From IMG/VR virus record IMGVR_UViG_3300028573_000017, positions 4,217-68,216 of that record: DNA of 64,000 nucleotides; one strand, written 5' to 3'. The stretch is from a virus. The position numbers and the translations under genes were made by a program. Positions 28,106-38,208 of the stretch are shown here, piece after piece (within the stretch, counting starts at the first letter, position 1; the number at the start of each line of letters is the position of its first letter). The notes below the pieces were generated by a model, which saw only the letters and a program-made list of their open reading frames with translations, had not been told where the DNA came from and made no database searches.

Positions 28106-28648
28106 TCACGGGGCCGGCGCCTGCTCTGCGGATAAGATTACATGGCGCCACGGCTGTGCCCACAAGGTTATCAACCCAGAACCCACTGCCGCTTCGAGAA
28201 TCTCTCGAACGACTTTGCGTGCGATCCTACGGTCTAGGTCCAAATTTGAGGTATCGACACCTGAACTAAGCAGGGCGTGGACGCCCGCATCAATCTGATC
28301 GTCAAAAGACTCAACCTCGCGCTTCATAATCACAAGACCATTTGGCGTCTCACGGACGCAAACCAGACCAGCGCCGATAATGAATGGCTCAAGTTCCCGA
28401 CGGAGATCGCGCACGAGCGCATCTGCGCTTTCTTTTTTGTAAAAGCCGTCGAAGTAGATACGCACGAGTTCGTCGGGATCGGGCGACCTAATAGAGTAGC
28501 TCTGAACGTGGATTTTGCCTTCCATTTCGCCATTGATGTATCGGGACGGAATGGAAATCGCGGACGCCCAGCCCTCCGACGTACAACATGCGGAAGCGCG
28601 TGCCTCGTGCGCGATTTGAAAGGCTATTCCTTCGAGTGCGGTGGTCAT
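28106..28648 (-). CDS. Cargo hypothetical protein
   Basis: RBS GGAGG; lower GC. Confidence 0.55.
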   Translation of the reverse strand: MTTALEGIAFQIAHEARASACCTSEGWASAISIPSRYINGEMEGKIHVQSYSIRSPDPDELVRIYFDGFYKKESADALVRDLRRELEPFIIGAGLVCVRETPNGLVIMKREVESFDDQIDAGVHALLSSGVDTSNLDLDRRIARKVVREILEAAVGSGLITLWAQPWRHVILSAEQAPAP

Positions 28649-28685
28649 GGTGGCGCTGCCTCCAATCTGATTGCTACCAAATACA

Positions 28686-28931
28686 TCACTTCGCTCGGCG
28701 CTGTCGGCGCCATAGTGCCCAGCGGACCGACCTGAGAAAGCCATGCCCGATGCGCCACTTCAATTCCTTCAGGTCACGTCCCATGCGGCTTTTGGGGACA
28801 CTTACCATCACGAGGTCGCGAGCCATGCCTCCGCCATACACGATGCACCGCTTGCCGACGAAGCTATCAGCCGCTCGCTTAAAGGATTCTTCGCTAAACA
28901 CGTAGTTGATCTTTGTGGCATCCTTGGTCAC
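28686..28931 (-). CDS. Cargo hypothetical protein
   Basis: GTGA overlap with the stop of the 1162-aa gene. Confidence 0.5.
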   Translation of the reverse strand: MTKDATKINYVFSEESFKRAADSFVGKRCIVYGGGMARDLVMVSVPKSRMGRDLKELKWRIGHGFLRSVRWALWRRQRRAK

Positions 28932-31900
28932 GGCGTGAAATCTCCAAGCGGCTGGTTCGGATTGAACGGCGCGGCCGGCGGTGGCGGACCTGCCGGAGTG
29001 CCCGGTGCCGGCGGTGCTGACGCGATCGGCGCAGAGGTCTGCCGCTCGTCCGGCCCTTTCTGCAATTCCTTCGGCACGCCGAGCGCGTCGAGCACGTCAT
29101 CGGCCCTCAGCCCCTTTGCTTCAAAATACTTGTCAAACCAGTTGCGCACGCCGGGCGTCGGGTTAGCCACCAGCCGCTCGACGACCTGCTGCCACTTGCC
29201 GGGATCGAGCGCGGTGCCGTCTTCCTGCGGCGGCGGCGTATTCATCACCAACTTCCAGCCTTCCGGATTAACCCCGGTCGGCGGCGGAGGAGCGGTGAAT
29301 GTGCTGGTGTCCTGATTGTCCTGAGCATGGATCTTCTGCAGCGCCATCTCGGTCGGCGAGCGCAATCCCTGCATCAGCTTGTCCGTGTTTTCTTGGGTTA
29401 GAAACTGCCACGGGTCCTTGCCGGCTTTCTTCCACTGGTCGAACGCAGACTCGAACTTCGGGATGAAGCGGGCATTGAAGATACGCTCGCCCTCCGGGTC
29501 CTTGATCGTGATCGTTCCGGTGTCGGGCTGGTTGGACAGCCGGCTCTTGGCATAGGCGATCAGCCCCATCTTGGTCGTGTTGACGGCCTGATCGTCGACG
29601 CTGCGGGTGTTCTCGCCCATGATCGTGACCAGCTTCTGCACACCGGCCAGCGTGAGATCACCGCCCGGTCCGGCCCGGTTAAGGACTGCCGCCACGTCCG
29701 AAATGCGCGAGGGGTCGCCGACGGGCGCGCTCACCTGCTTGTACGCAGACCAGAAGCCGGGGCCGAATGCCGCGGATGCTCCCGACACCGTGTTCTCGGA
29801 ATGCGCCTCCGCTGCGCGAGTGAGCGATTCCTTCGTCTCCCACGTCAGCCGCGTGTCCTTGGCGATGTCGGAAAGCAGCGTCGGCCCGGCGCTCCCGCCG
29901 AGCAATTGCGTCATGTAGCCGTCCGCCGCCTTGTCGCTTTCGTTCTTGCGCTGGGTGGCGGTCGCGTCGGCGGCGACCTGCTCGGCCGCGAGTTGCTGCC
30001 GCAGCGCCTCGAAGGCGTACTGCTTGGCCTCCGGCGTGAGGTCGGACGCGGCGATATCGCGGTAGCCTTGCGCCAGTTCCGACAGGGGAGCGGGCTGTTC
30101 GGCCTGTTGCTCCGGCGTCGGCGGCGGTGGGGACAGGTCGCCGTCCGGAGCGGGCGGGGCGACACCGGTCGGTGCCGGCGCGCCTGGGACCGTGTTGTCG
30201 GTGCTCGCCACCTGCACACCGGCGCCGTTTGCGCGCAACGTGCCGCCGGACGCGACGACGGCCGCGTTCTCGCGCGACGCCGATGGCACCCGGCGCAGTC
30301 CGCCTCCGGCGTCCGTCGCGACATTGACGTCCGGGACCACCTCTCCGCCAGCGCTGATCGGGGCGCCCGACGCCGCCGCGCGCAGCCAGCCAGGCGCGTT
30401 GGACGAGGCGCCCTTGGCGCCCCACACCATGCGCGGGCCGCCCTTCACGCCGTTCGGTCCGTAGCCGACGTGGATACCGGCTCCCATGTAGCCGGGCCCG
30501 GCACCGATGCCCGTGGCGCCCGCCGCAAATGCCGCCGTCACGAACTTCTCGACGTAGGGCAGGTCGGCCGGGTTGCGGAAGTCGAGGAGCTTGCCGTTCC
30601 TATAGAGATAGACGTCGCCGGCATTGCCGTTGTCGTGGCGCGTCGATCCGGTCCGCCGAGCGCCGGGCGTGCCCCGAGGACCCTGGCCGCCGGAATAGAC
30701 CACCACCTTGACGCCAGGGTCGGTCGCCGCGGCCGCCGTGGTCAGCACCGTCGACAGGGCCGGCTGGATCGGCCGCGAGCGAATACCGGACTGGATCTGC
30801 TTGACGACCGGAGCATTGTCCTCGATCGCAGCCGGAGCCGGGTGGTTCTCTTCCTGCACTCCCTCCGGAGTGGTTGCCGGCGTCTCGACCTGATCGGGAG
30901 AGGCCAGCGTGCCGTCCGGGTTGGTCGCCAAGCCCGGGGCGGAGGCATCGCCGATGGGCATTCCGGTCTTCGGGTCCGTCGGAACACCTGGATATAAGGG
31001 CTTGTGGGTTTCAGGATCGAAAAGCTGAACACCATCTTGGTTCGACGCGGATACGGCCGGAGCGCCTCGCTTCGCCACGCTCGCTGCCGGTCCGGTGCCG
31101 TCGAACTTGTGCGTCCACATGGCGGTAAACTGCGCCGCCGTCATATCCGGCGATCCGCCGTTCTGGATCACGGCCTGCCGCCCGATCAGGCTCGCCGCGG
31201 TAGCACCGGGATGGGAGAGAAGCCGCGCCGCGCCGACGCCACCCTGCTGATGGGCAAGGTAGAGCTCGGCATCGGTTGGAGGCCGCCCGAGGATCGGCGT
31301 CAGGATGCGCGCGTTATAGGCCGCATATCGCTGCACGGCCGCAGCCGCATCGGCGGGATTGTCAGGATTGCCGCCGGCACCGAAGCGCGCCCATGTGTCG
31401 GACGAGAACTGTCCCTGCCCCATGTGGCCGCTGTCGTTGGTGATCGGCCGGCCGCCGCTTTCGAGCGCGATCGTGCGGGCGACACCCTTGGTCGAGAAGC
31501 CGCCCGGGATGTCGGTGACCGCCTGGCGGATGTACGGCTGGTCGGGATTGGTCGGCGACGCCGCCGCGGCTGCCGCCTTGTCGCTGGTCCGCTTGGTCAG
31601 CCATCCCGCTGAGTACGCCGTGCCGGACTGCTTGTCGGCGCGGGTCTTCAGGTCGGCATAGAGGTTGTCGTAGTCGGTCCCGGCGATCGTGCGGTTCTTG
31701 TTGAGAATGCGTAGCGCCGTGGTCGGGTCGGTGGCGCCGATCGCCTGCACCTGCACCTTCAGCGCATCACGCTTGGCGCCGTCGACAGCGCTTTTCCACA
31801 CGTCGTCTCCCGGCGTGGCGCCGGCTAGCATCGCCTGCTTGGCCGCGAAGTTGGCGGCATCTGCCGCGCCCGCCGCAACCACCTTCGGATTGAACGGATC

Positions 31901-32416
31901 GTTGGCAATCTGGTCGAATGCGTTCTTTTTTCCGGCATCGTTGACCGTGGTCGCCCAAAACGTTTGCTGGCGGTCGAGATGCTCGCCGACGCGCTCGCTG
32001 AGGTTTACCCGGTAGCGGCGCGAGAACGTGTCGAACTGAAGTTGCTCCTCGGGAGTGCCGAGACCCTTCCGGGCATCGGCGAATATCTTGTCGAGGTTCT
32101 TCTGGTAGCCTGGCGCTGCCCGGAGCGCGGCATCGCCCTTCAGGCCGAAGAAGCCGGTATCTGGCACCATCGTGCCATCCGGACCGGGCACGGATTTGGT
32201 GGGATCGCCATAGGAGAGGTTGGTCGCAGCCGTGGTGGCGTTGTTGTAGGTGTTGTCGGCCGCCACCTGACCGAAGAATTTGCCGGCCGTCGACAGGCCC
32301 TGCCCGAACGCCTGCAGTCCTTCCGCGGCGCGCGGCTCGATGTGCTGGTAATCCTCCGGCGGCGTCGGATTTGGCGCCTCGGTCGGGACCCCCTGCCGAT
32401 CCGGTACCTGGGCCAT
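28928..32416 (-). CDS. Internal virion/ejection protein with lytic transglycosylase-like and peptidase M15-like domains
   Basis: IALESGG..GQF...TW..YLAHQQG; SGGQ..STRHDNGNAGD..GIG..YM...IHVG. Confidence 0.8.
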   Translation of the reverse strand: MAQVPDRQGVPTEAPNPTPPEDYQHIEPRAAEGLQAFGQGLSTAGKFFGQVAADNTYNNATTAATNLSYGDPTKSVPGPDGTMVPDTGFFGLKGDAALRAAPGYQKNLDKIFADARKGLGTPEEQLQFDTFSRRYRVNLSERVGEHLDRQQTFWATTVNDAGKKNAFDQIANDPFNPKVVAAGAADAANFAAKQAMLAGATPGDDVWKSAVDGAKRDALKVQVQAIGATDPTTALRILNKNRTIAGTDYDNLYADLKTRADKQSGTAYSAGWLTKRTSDKAAAAAASPTNPDQPYIRQAVTDIPGGFSTKGVARTIALESGGRPITNDSGHMGQGQFSSDTWARFGAGGNPDNPADAAAAVQRYAAYNARILTPILGRPPTDAELYLAHQQGGVGAARLLSHPGATAASLIGRQAVIQNGGSPDMTAAQFTAMWTHKFDGTGPAASVAKRGAPAVSASNQDGVQLFDPETHKPLYPGVPTDPKTGMPIGDASAPGLATNPDGTLASPDQVETPATTPEGVQEENHPAPAAIEDNAPVVKQIQSGIRSRPIQPALSTVLTTAAAATDPGVKVVVYSGGQGPRGTPGARRTGSTRHDNGNAGDVYLYRNGKLLDFRNPADLPYVEKFVTAAFAAGATGIGAGPGYMGAGIHVGYGPNGVKGGPRMVWGAKGASSNAPGWLRAAASGAPISAGGEVVPDVNVATDAGGGLRRVPSASRENAAVVASGGTLRANGAGVQVASTDNTVPGAPAPTGVAPPAPDGDLSPPPPTPEQQAEQPAPLSELAQGYRDIAASDLTPEAKQYAFEALRQQLAAEQVAADATATQRKNESDKAADGYMTQLLGGSAGPTLLSDIAKDTRLTWETKESLTRAAEAHSENTVSGASAAFGPGFWSAYKQVSAPVGDPSRISDVAAVLNRAGPGGDLTLAGVQKLVTIMGENTRSVDDQAVNTTKMGLIAYAKSRLSNQPDTGTITIKDPEGERIFNARFIPKFESAFDQWKKAGKDPWQFLTQENTDKLMQGLRSPTEMALQKIHAQDNQDTSTFTAPPPPTGVNPEGWKLVMNTPPPQEDGTALDPGKWQQVVERLVANPTPGVRNWFDKYFEAKGLRADDVLDALGVPKELQKGPDERQTSAPIASAPPAPGTPAGPPPPAAPFNPNQPLGDFTP

Positions 32417-32877
32417 CAGGCGGCCTTATTGAACTTGAAGCCGATCGAGGACGCGCTACTCAACAGGCTTCCGGCCGCGCCAAACGACGCACCGATGCGA
32501 TCCTGCTCGGCCTGCGCCTTCTCGTTCACCGCGGTCGTCGTGTAGCCATAGGCTTGCAGTTCGGCGTTGTTCATCACGGTCTCGGCGTCTAGGCGGCCGG
32601 TCTCACGGTTGCCGGTCGCAACATCCGCCGCCGATCCGGTGTTTACGTCGACCCCGTTAGCGGCAAGCCCGGCCCTGATCGTGGCACCCTCTGCAGCCGC
32701 CTTGCGGCTGGCGGTCGCTGCGGCTTCCGAACCGGCCTCGCGCGCATAGGCGGCATTCTGCTCGGCCGTCTTGGCGTTGTTCTCGGCGACCTGCGCGGCG
32801 TAATCGCCCTGCTGCTTGATGCCCGCCGCCTGCACAATGCCGCCGACGAGGCCAAGGATAGGAGCGATGAAACCCAT
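32416..32877 (-). CDS. Internal virion protein (T7 gp14-like)
   Basis: Ala/Gly/Gln-rich, AANGVDVNTGSA motif, position. Confidence 0.75.
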   Translation of the reverse strand: MGFIAPILGLVGGIVQAAGIKQQGDYAAQVAENNAKTAEQNAAYAREAGSEAAATASRKAAAEGATIRAGLAANGVDVNTGSAADVATGNRETGRLDAETVMNNAELQAYGYTTTAVNEKAQAEQDRIGASFGAAGSLLSSASSIGFKFNKAA

Positions 32878-32878
32878 C

Positions 32879-33331
32879 TCAGGACATCCTTCGCGGCTGT
32901 TCGATCACCATGATCGCTGCCTCGGCACCGTGGATCGTGATCGTCTCTTTTACGTGGAACCCAAGGAAATAGGCAAAATCCATGGCCGTCCGGTCTGCTT
33001 TTAACACAATCGTCGCCAGATGGCGTTTCGTGCGGAGCAGTTCGTTGAGGTGGCGGAGCGCGGTCCGCGCAATCGCTATCGGGTGCGCCGCGCTGTCCTC
33101 GGTTGCCGCCAGCCACACCGATCCGTCGCTCGAGGCCAGCGGCCCGGTGACGCCCGCGATCGCCACGACCTTGCCGTCGATGACCAGCGCGCGGCTGAAG
33201 GACGACTCGTCGTAGGTGGCGCGAAGATCGCGATGCGCGTTGACCTTCATGGCGGCGAGGAGATCGCGGTATTCCGTGCGCAGCCGGCGCGCCACCTTGC
33301 CGCAATGGTGCGCCTGCCCTTCGACGATCAT
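32879..33331 (-). CDS. T7 gp13-like / GNAT-fold virion assembly protein
   Basis: DG.VVAIAG..GSVWL...FLGF; follows the nozzle gene. Confidence 0.65.
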   Translation of the reverse strand: MIVEGQAHHCGKVARRLRTEYRDLLAAMKVNAHRDLRATYDESSFSRALVIDGKVVAIAGVTGPLASSDGSVWLAATEDSAAHPIAIARTALRHLNELLRTKRHLATIVLKADRTAMDFAYFLGFHVKETITIHGAEAAIMVIEQPRRMS

Positions 33332-36300
33332 TGCTGCTCCTGCGGCTGGCCGCGCTGCCCGCGCTTCGACACCATCTGCTCCGGGGTATCGCCGGCCAGA
33401 ACCTCCGAGACAACGGCATCTATGTTCATCGGCAGCGGGAAATTCTGTTGCAACGAGAACTGTCCGGTCTTGTTGAACCCGGCCGTCACCGGCGCGCGGT
33501 TGTAGCCGGTGTAGAGCGGCGTCACGGCGCTATTGAAGGACGGGGCCGCAAGGTTGGGCATCGCCGTCAGGTGTCTCCATCTCGGAGCCAGTTGCGGCGG
33601 GCTCTGGGTCGAGCCGTCCGGCTGCGCTCCTCCGGCAAGGACGTCGCGCGAGCCGTCCAATAGCACGTTGACGGCGCCCATCTTTTTCCGCGCACCCTGC
33701 ACGCTTGGCGCTCCGGCGTCGAGATAGACGCCCTGCAACTGCGCGCGGAAGCCGAGGCCGACGACGACGTTGCTTGCTGGCGCATCTAGCGCGATCGATC
33801 CGGCGGCGCTGACGACGCGCGGCGTGATGACCTGCCCATCGGCTACGCCGGTCACCATCCCGCCGATGAGGTGGTCGAGGCCGGAGATCACGCTTACCGG
33901 CGTCGTCATCGTCCACGAGCCCGGCGGCTGAGGAATAACGTTGCCGCCGCTGTCTGGCTGCATGGCGGTAATCGGATCGGTCAGCACGCCGTCGACGCTG
34001 GTCGGGCCGTGATAGACGGTGATCGTCGCTATGCCGCCGCCCATGCGGATGACGTCGCCGATGTTCGCGGGATCGAAGACCGGGGTGTCGGACATGAAGT
34101 GCGTCGTGGTGTCGAGAACGCAGGTTGCCGATGCACCGGAGCCGGAGTTTGTCGGGTCGGTGATGACGAGCTTTGGGCTGGTGTAGAGCGTCCCTTGCGA
34201 CCCTGGAGCAAAGGTCACCGCCGTGATGACGCCGCCGACGATGGTGAGCGTGGGAATGGCGCCGGTTCCGGTCCCGTCGCCGTTATTGTCGACCACCGCG
34301 GCCGTGGTGTTTGCCGCATAGTTGGCGCCGCCGATCAGGCCGGTGACGCCGGTGATGGCGCCGATGCCGTTCGGGAGGTCTGCGGTCAGCGTCCCGTTGG
34401 GCGTCGGCTGCGGCAGCGACAGTCCGGCATCGACCGCCCAGACATCATCGACGCTTGCCCACAGGCGATGGTCCATCCGCTCGACCATGTAGGAACTGTT
34501 GCCGCCGATGTTCCGCTTGGTCGCGACATAGAGCGCGTCGATCGGCGGCTCGGTTATCGAGCATACGCTGACGAAGTACCCGTTGGTGTCATGCCGCGCC
34601 CAGCCGGCCACGGCCTGCGTCTTGTAGTAGGTGAGGCTGAGAAGGATGCCATCGTCGCGGACGGCCCAGAGCAGCTTGCTTGGCTGCTCGCACCATGCGT
34701 TTTCCTTGATGACGTGGAACTGGAAAAGGTGGGCAGACAGTTCCGAGAGGTCGATCGGCTCGGACAGCACATAGAGCTGGTAGGGCAGCGCGTAGTAGTA
34801 GGACCCCTTCGAGTTCACATAGATCACGTCGTAGTTGATCTTGATCGGCTGGACGATCGGCGAGACGCCGGTGAACGCCTGGGGCACGTCGTCCTGCGTC
34901 GAGGGTGAGATCGGCTGCACGTTGGTGGCAAAGCTGCCGGCACCGGCGAGGAGCCATGCCGATGAGCCGGTCATCACGAGCAGACCGCCGGAGGTCTGGA
35001 TCAGCCACTGGATGCCGTTCACCTGCAGAGACCACGGACTGCCGATGATCGCGTCGGTGTCGATCGTCGGGATGCGGCTGTCGAAGTTCCGGAAGGCACC
35101 CGGCTGCGACATGAAGTAGGTGTCCGGAAGGTTGAGCGTGTCGGCGAACACGCGCCGCTCCTGAAAATATCCGGGGACCGACGGATAGGTGCCGCTCTGC
35201 GGCCCGACGACGAGTTGAGCCGTCGCGCCGGCTCCCGTCCCGGTGATCGCCACGGTGTCGGTTGGCAGGTATCCGCTGCCGGTATCCTCGACAATCGCGG
35301 CGACAACCGCCCCGCCGACTAGCACGAGGTCAATCTTCGCTCCGGAACCGGTGGCCGAAGTGATGACGGCGGTCGCTGACGTGTAGCCGGCCCCGCCAGT
35401 CAGCATCTTCAGCGAGATGATCCTGCCTCGCGCAAAGGGATCGACATGCCGCGGTGGGACCTGAGCGAAGTCCGGGATGATGTTGTTGTCGACGGTCTGG
35501 TTCCCGTAGGCGCTCCCCATGTATCCAAAAAGCGATCCGACCGGCGGAAGAAAACCAAAACCCGGCTGCGCCTTGTAGACGTTGTACTGGTTGACACCGG
35601 GCACGGTCGGCCAGGTGACGATGACCTGTCCGGCCACGGTCGAGATATTGACGCTGCCGACATAAGCGATGGGCGACGCGATGCTTTCGGTCCCGTCATC
35701 CGGAGAGACGGCGGTGACCTCGTAGGCATAGTAGGTCGTGCCGCCCGCTGTCGCCGTGGCCAAGGAACTGGCGGGCGGCGACACCGACGGCACTGAAACG
35801 GCCGGCGTGAAGGTCCAGGCCGTGTCGCTGATGCGGGCAAGATCCTGCGGCGGATATTCGGTCCGGGTCACCGGGTTGACGCAGCAAAGCGTCATCACGT
35901 CCGCCGACTGGACGTATTTCAGGTAGGCGAGATCCTGATCGTTGTAGATCGTCGGCAGGGTGTAGATGCGCGAGGCCGTGCCGCCGCCGGTATAGGCGCC
36001 AAAGGCGCTGGAATCGACCGGGTTTCCGTACACGTCGAGGAGGGCGACCGTCGTGGCCGTGGCGGCGGCGACGACAAACGTGTTGCCGTTCAACTCGGTC
36101 ATGCCCTGCACGTCCTGGACGAATATCCAGTCGCCGTTGTTGAACGCGGCGACGGCCGCGAAGGTCATGGTGAAGGTGGCGCCGAGGCCGGAGCCCGTGG
36201 TCGTGTCCTGCGCGACCGGGTTGGCCGGCACGGCCGTATAGGCGCCGGGGTTGGAGATCGTCACCGCCTGCGGGCCGAAGACTGCCGTCTGGAATGACGC

Positions 36301-37329
36301 GCCGGCCCCGCCGCCGGATGTCGCCGATTGTGTCATGTTCCCGCCGGCGGGAAGCGCGGTGTAGACGCCGGCCGTGTTGATCGACAGGGTGCTGATTCCG
36401 GTCGTCGTACCACCGGTCAGGGTGGCGCCGCTCCGCACCGCGACGCTTGCCGCCAGCGTGTAAGCATTTCCGCCGGCGCCGGTCGTGTCGTAGTTGATGT
36501 TGATCGTGGTCGCTGTCGAGGAGTAGGTGGCCACCGTCAGCGATGCATTTGCCGAGGCGTTCAGGTCGACAGCAAGCTGCGCCAGCGTTCCCGCGAGCGT
36601 CGGCTGGATTTGCGTCTGCGCGGCCGCGGTTGGGGTCGTCTTGAAGGTCCACGCGACGCCGTTCAAGGTCACCGTGTCGCCGTCGGACGGGTTGACCGAG
36701 AACGTGATGAACCCGGCTGCCGCATAGGCTGCAACCGCCGTCACCTTGGCCACGGCCGCGACGCTGAAGGTTCCGCCGGCAAGCGTGACCGTATCGTTCA
36801 CCGCATAGCCGGTGCCGTGCGCGTTCGGCAGGAGAGATACGAGCTGGCTCGCCGTCACGGAAAGCACGGCTGGCGTCAGGAAGGTGCCGCCAAGAAGCGT
36901 TACCAGGTCGCCGGGCGCATAGGAGAAGGTCACGCCGGTGACGATGGGCGTGGCCGCCGTCGCCCCCTGCGCGCCGAAAGTGAGCACTGCCGGATTGGCT
37001 TGGGTCGCCCCGCCGATGCCAACCGGCGACTCGGTGACATAGGCACCGTCGAGAAGGGCGCGCATGTACTGCTGACCGAACTCGAGCACGAGACCCTGAT
37101 CGAGCGAGAACTGGAACGGGATCAGCCGCGGCGGGTAATTCCTACCGGTCTGCTTGGAGAAGCCGCAGAATTGCGTTCCGGCCCGGCTGTTGGCGCCGCC
37201 TTTGTACGAAACGAAGAGATTCCTCATTGTCGTGGCCGCGATATGCTCGCGGTCTAGATCAATGCGCCCATAGACGTTCGGAGAAATCTCGCCCGTCACG
37301 AAGGCTGGGGTTATAAAAGGCGTGGCCAT
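33328..37329 (-). CDS. Tail tubular protein B (nozzle) with inserted domains
   Basis: F.TGEISP..GR.D; RLIPFQFS; QSADVM; YPS...FQER; AW.RH. Confidence 0.9.
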   Translation of the reverse strand: MATPFITPAFVTGEISPNVYGRIDLDREHIAATTMRNLFVSYKGGANSRAGTQFCGFSKQTGRNYPPRLIPFQFSLDQGLVLEFGQQYMRALLDGAYVTESPVGIGGATQANPAVLTFGAQGATAATPIVTGVTFSYAPGDLVTLLGGTFLTPAVLSVTASQLVSLLPNAHGTGYAVNDTVTLAGGTFSVAAVAKVTAVAAYAAAGFITFSVNPSDGDTVTLNGVAWTFKTTPTAAAQTQIQPTLAGTLAQLAVDLNASANASLTVATYSSTATTININYDTTGAGGNAYTLAASVAVRSGATLTGGTTTGISTLSINTAGVYTALPAGGNMTQSATSGGGAGASFQTAVFGPQAVTISNPGAYTAVPANPVAQDTTTGSGLGATFTMTFAAVAAFNNGDWIFVQDVQGMTELNGNTFVVAAATATTVALLDVYGNPVDSSAFGAYTGGGTASRIYTLPTIYNDQDLAYLKYVQSADVMTLCCVNPVTRTEYPPQDLARISDTAWTFTPAVSVPSVSPPASSLATATAGGTTYYAYEVTAVSPDDGTESIASPIAYVGSVNISTVAGQVIVTWPTVPGVNQYNVYKAQPGFGFLPPVGSLFGYMGSAYGNQTVDNNIIPDFAQVPPRHVDPFARGRIISLKMLTGGAGYTSATAVITSATGSGAKIDLVLVGGAVVAAIVEDTGSGYLPTDTVAITGTGAGATAQLVVGPQSGTYPSVPGYFQERRVFADTLNLPDTYFMSQPGAFRNFDSRIPTIDTDAIIGSPWSLQVNGIQWLIQTSGGLLVMTGSSAWLLAGAGSFATNVQPISPSTQDDVPQAFTGVSPIVQPIKINYDVIYVNSKGSYYYALPYQLYVLSEPIDLSELSAHLFQFHVIKENAWCEQPSKLLWAVRDDGILLSLTYYKTQAVAGWARHDTNGYFVSVCSITEPPIDALYVATKRNIGGNSSYMVERMDHRLWASVDDVWAVDAGLSLPQPTPNGTLTADLPNGIGAITGVTGLIGGANYAANTTAAVVDNNGDGTGTGAIPTLTIVGGVITAVTFAPGSQGTLYTSPKLVITDPTNSGSGASATCVLDTTTHFMSDTPVFDPANIGDVIRMGGGIATITVYHGPTSVDGVLTDPITAMQPDSGGNVIPQPPGSWTMTTPVSVISGLDHLIGGMVTGVADGQVITPRVVSAAGSIALDAPASNVVVGLGFRAQLQGVYLDAGAPSVQGARKKMGAVNVLLDGSRDVLAGGAQPDGSTQSPPQLAPRWRHLTAMPNLAAPSFNSAVTPLYTGYNRAPVTAGFNKTGQFSLQQNFPLPMNIDAVVSEVLAGDTPEQMVSKRGQRGQPQEQQ

Positions 37330-37428
37330 TGAGCCTGAACCCTATGCCCTATAAGGTGTTGCGAGGTGCCGACCTACTGACAATAGATCGGCACCTCTAG
37401 CCCAAGAGCGCAGCAAGGAGGCGCCCTT

Positions 37429-38208
37429 ATGGATACCGTGACGGCGCGCACGTGGCGTATCTATCGGATCACGTGCTCGGTCAATGGCAAGCGATACATT
37501 GGTCTCACGCGCGACACCGTTCGTCAGCGGTGGTCGAACCACGTGTGCAAAGCGATGTCTGTTCACGAGACGCCGCGAATACCGCTTCACAGGGCTGTTA
37601 GAAAATACGGCCGCAGCTGCTTCGTCGTAGACACGATCTGCGAGGTTTCCACTCTTGCCGAAGCCGGCGAGGCTGAGCGTCGTCTGATTGAGCAAGAGCA
37701 CACTCTTGTCCCGTCTGGCTACAACGTCGCTGCTGGCGGGATGGGCACTCCCGGCGTGCGCCGCCCGCACACCGCAGAGACGAAGGCGAAGATCGCCGAC
37801 GGCAATAGAGGACGTGTCGCCTCTCTTGAGACTCGCGAAAGGCAAAGCGCGTCTCGGCGCGGGAAACGACCCACACCGGAAACGTTGGCCAAACAGGCTG
37901 CCTCCCGAACAGGCCGCAAGCACAGCGCCGCTTGGCGCACGGCAATCGCCGACGGGCACCGAGGGCGACACTTCCCGGCGCGGAGCATAGCCCTGCTCAA
38001 AAGCTCGCTTATGTCTTCGACCGGGACCGCATCCGGCAGCCGCGGCATCACCGCGGAGGGACGGCGCTGGACCGCCCGCATTGGCATCAATGGTGTGCGC
38101 GTTCACCTTGGTGTCTTCGACACCATCGAAGAAGCATCGGCCGCCTATCGCGCTGCCGTCCGGAGGCGCATCGATGAACTGAGCGCCCACTGCGCATCTC
38201 CCGCCTAG
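37429..38208 (+). CDS. Free-standing GIY-YIG homing endonuclease with NUMOD3 repeats and AP2 domain
   Basis: RIYRIT..NGKRYIGLT; GYN..GG; HTAETKAKI repeats; W.ARI..NG..HLG.F.T.EEA..AY. Confidence 0.88.
   Translation: MDTVTARTWRIYRITCSVNGKRYIGLTRDTVRQRWSNHVCKAMSVHETPRIPLHRAVRKYGRSCFVVDTICEVSTLAEAGEAERRLIEQEHTLVPSGYNVAAGGMGTPGVRRPHTAETKAKIADGNRGRVASLETRERQSASRRGKRPTPETLAKQAASRTGRKHSAAWRTAIADGHRGRHFPARSIALLKSSLMSSTGTASGSRGITAEGRRWTARIGINGVRVHLGVFDTIEEASAAYRAAVRRRIDELSAHCASPA

Noticed and set aside
37330-38208. Group I intron around the homing endonuclease
   Set aside because: The flanking genes are intact and the endonuclease is antisense and intergenic.
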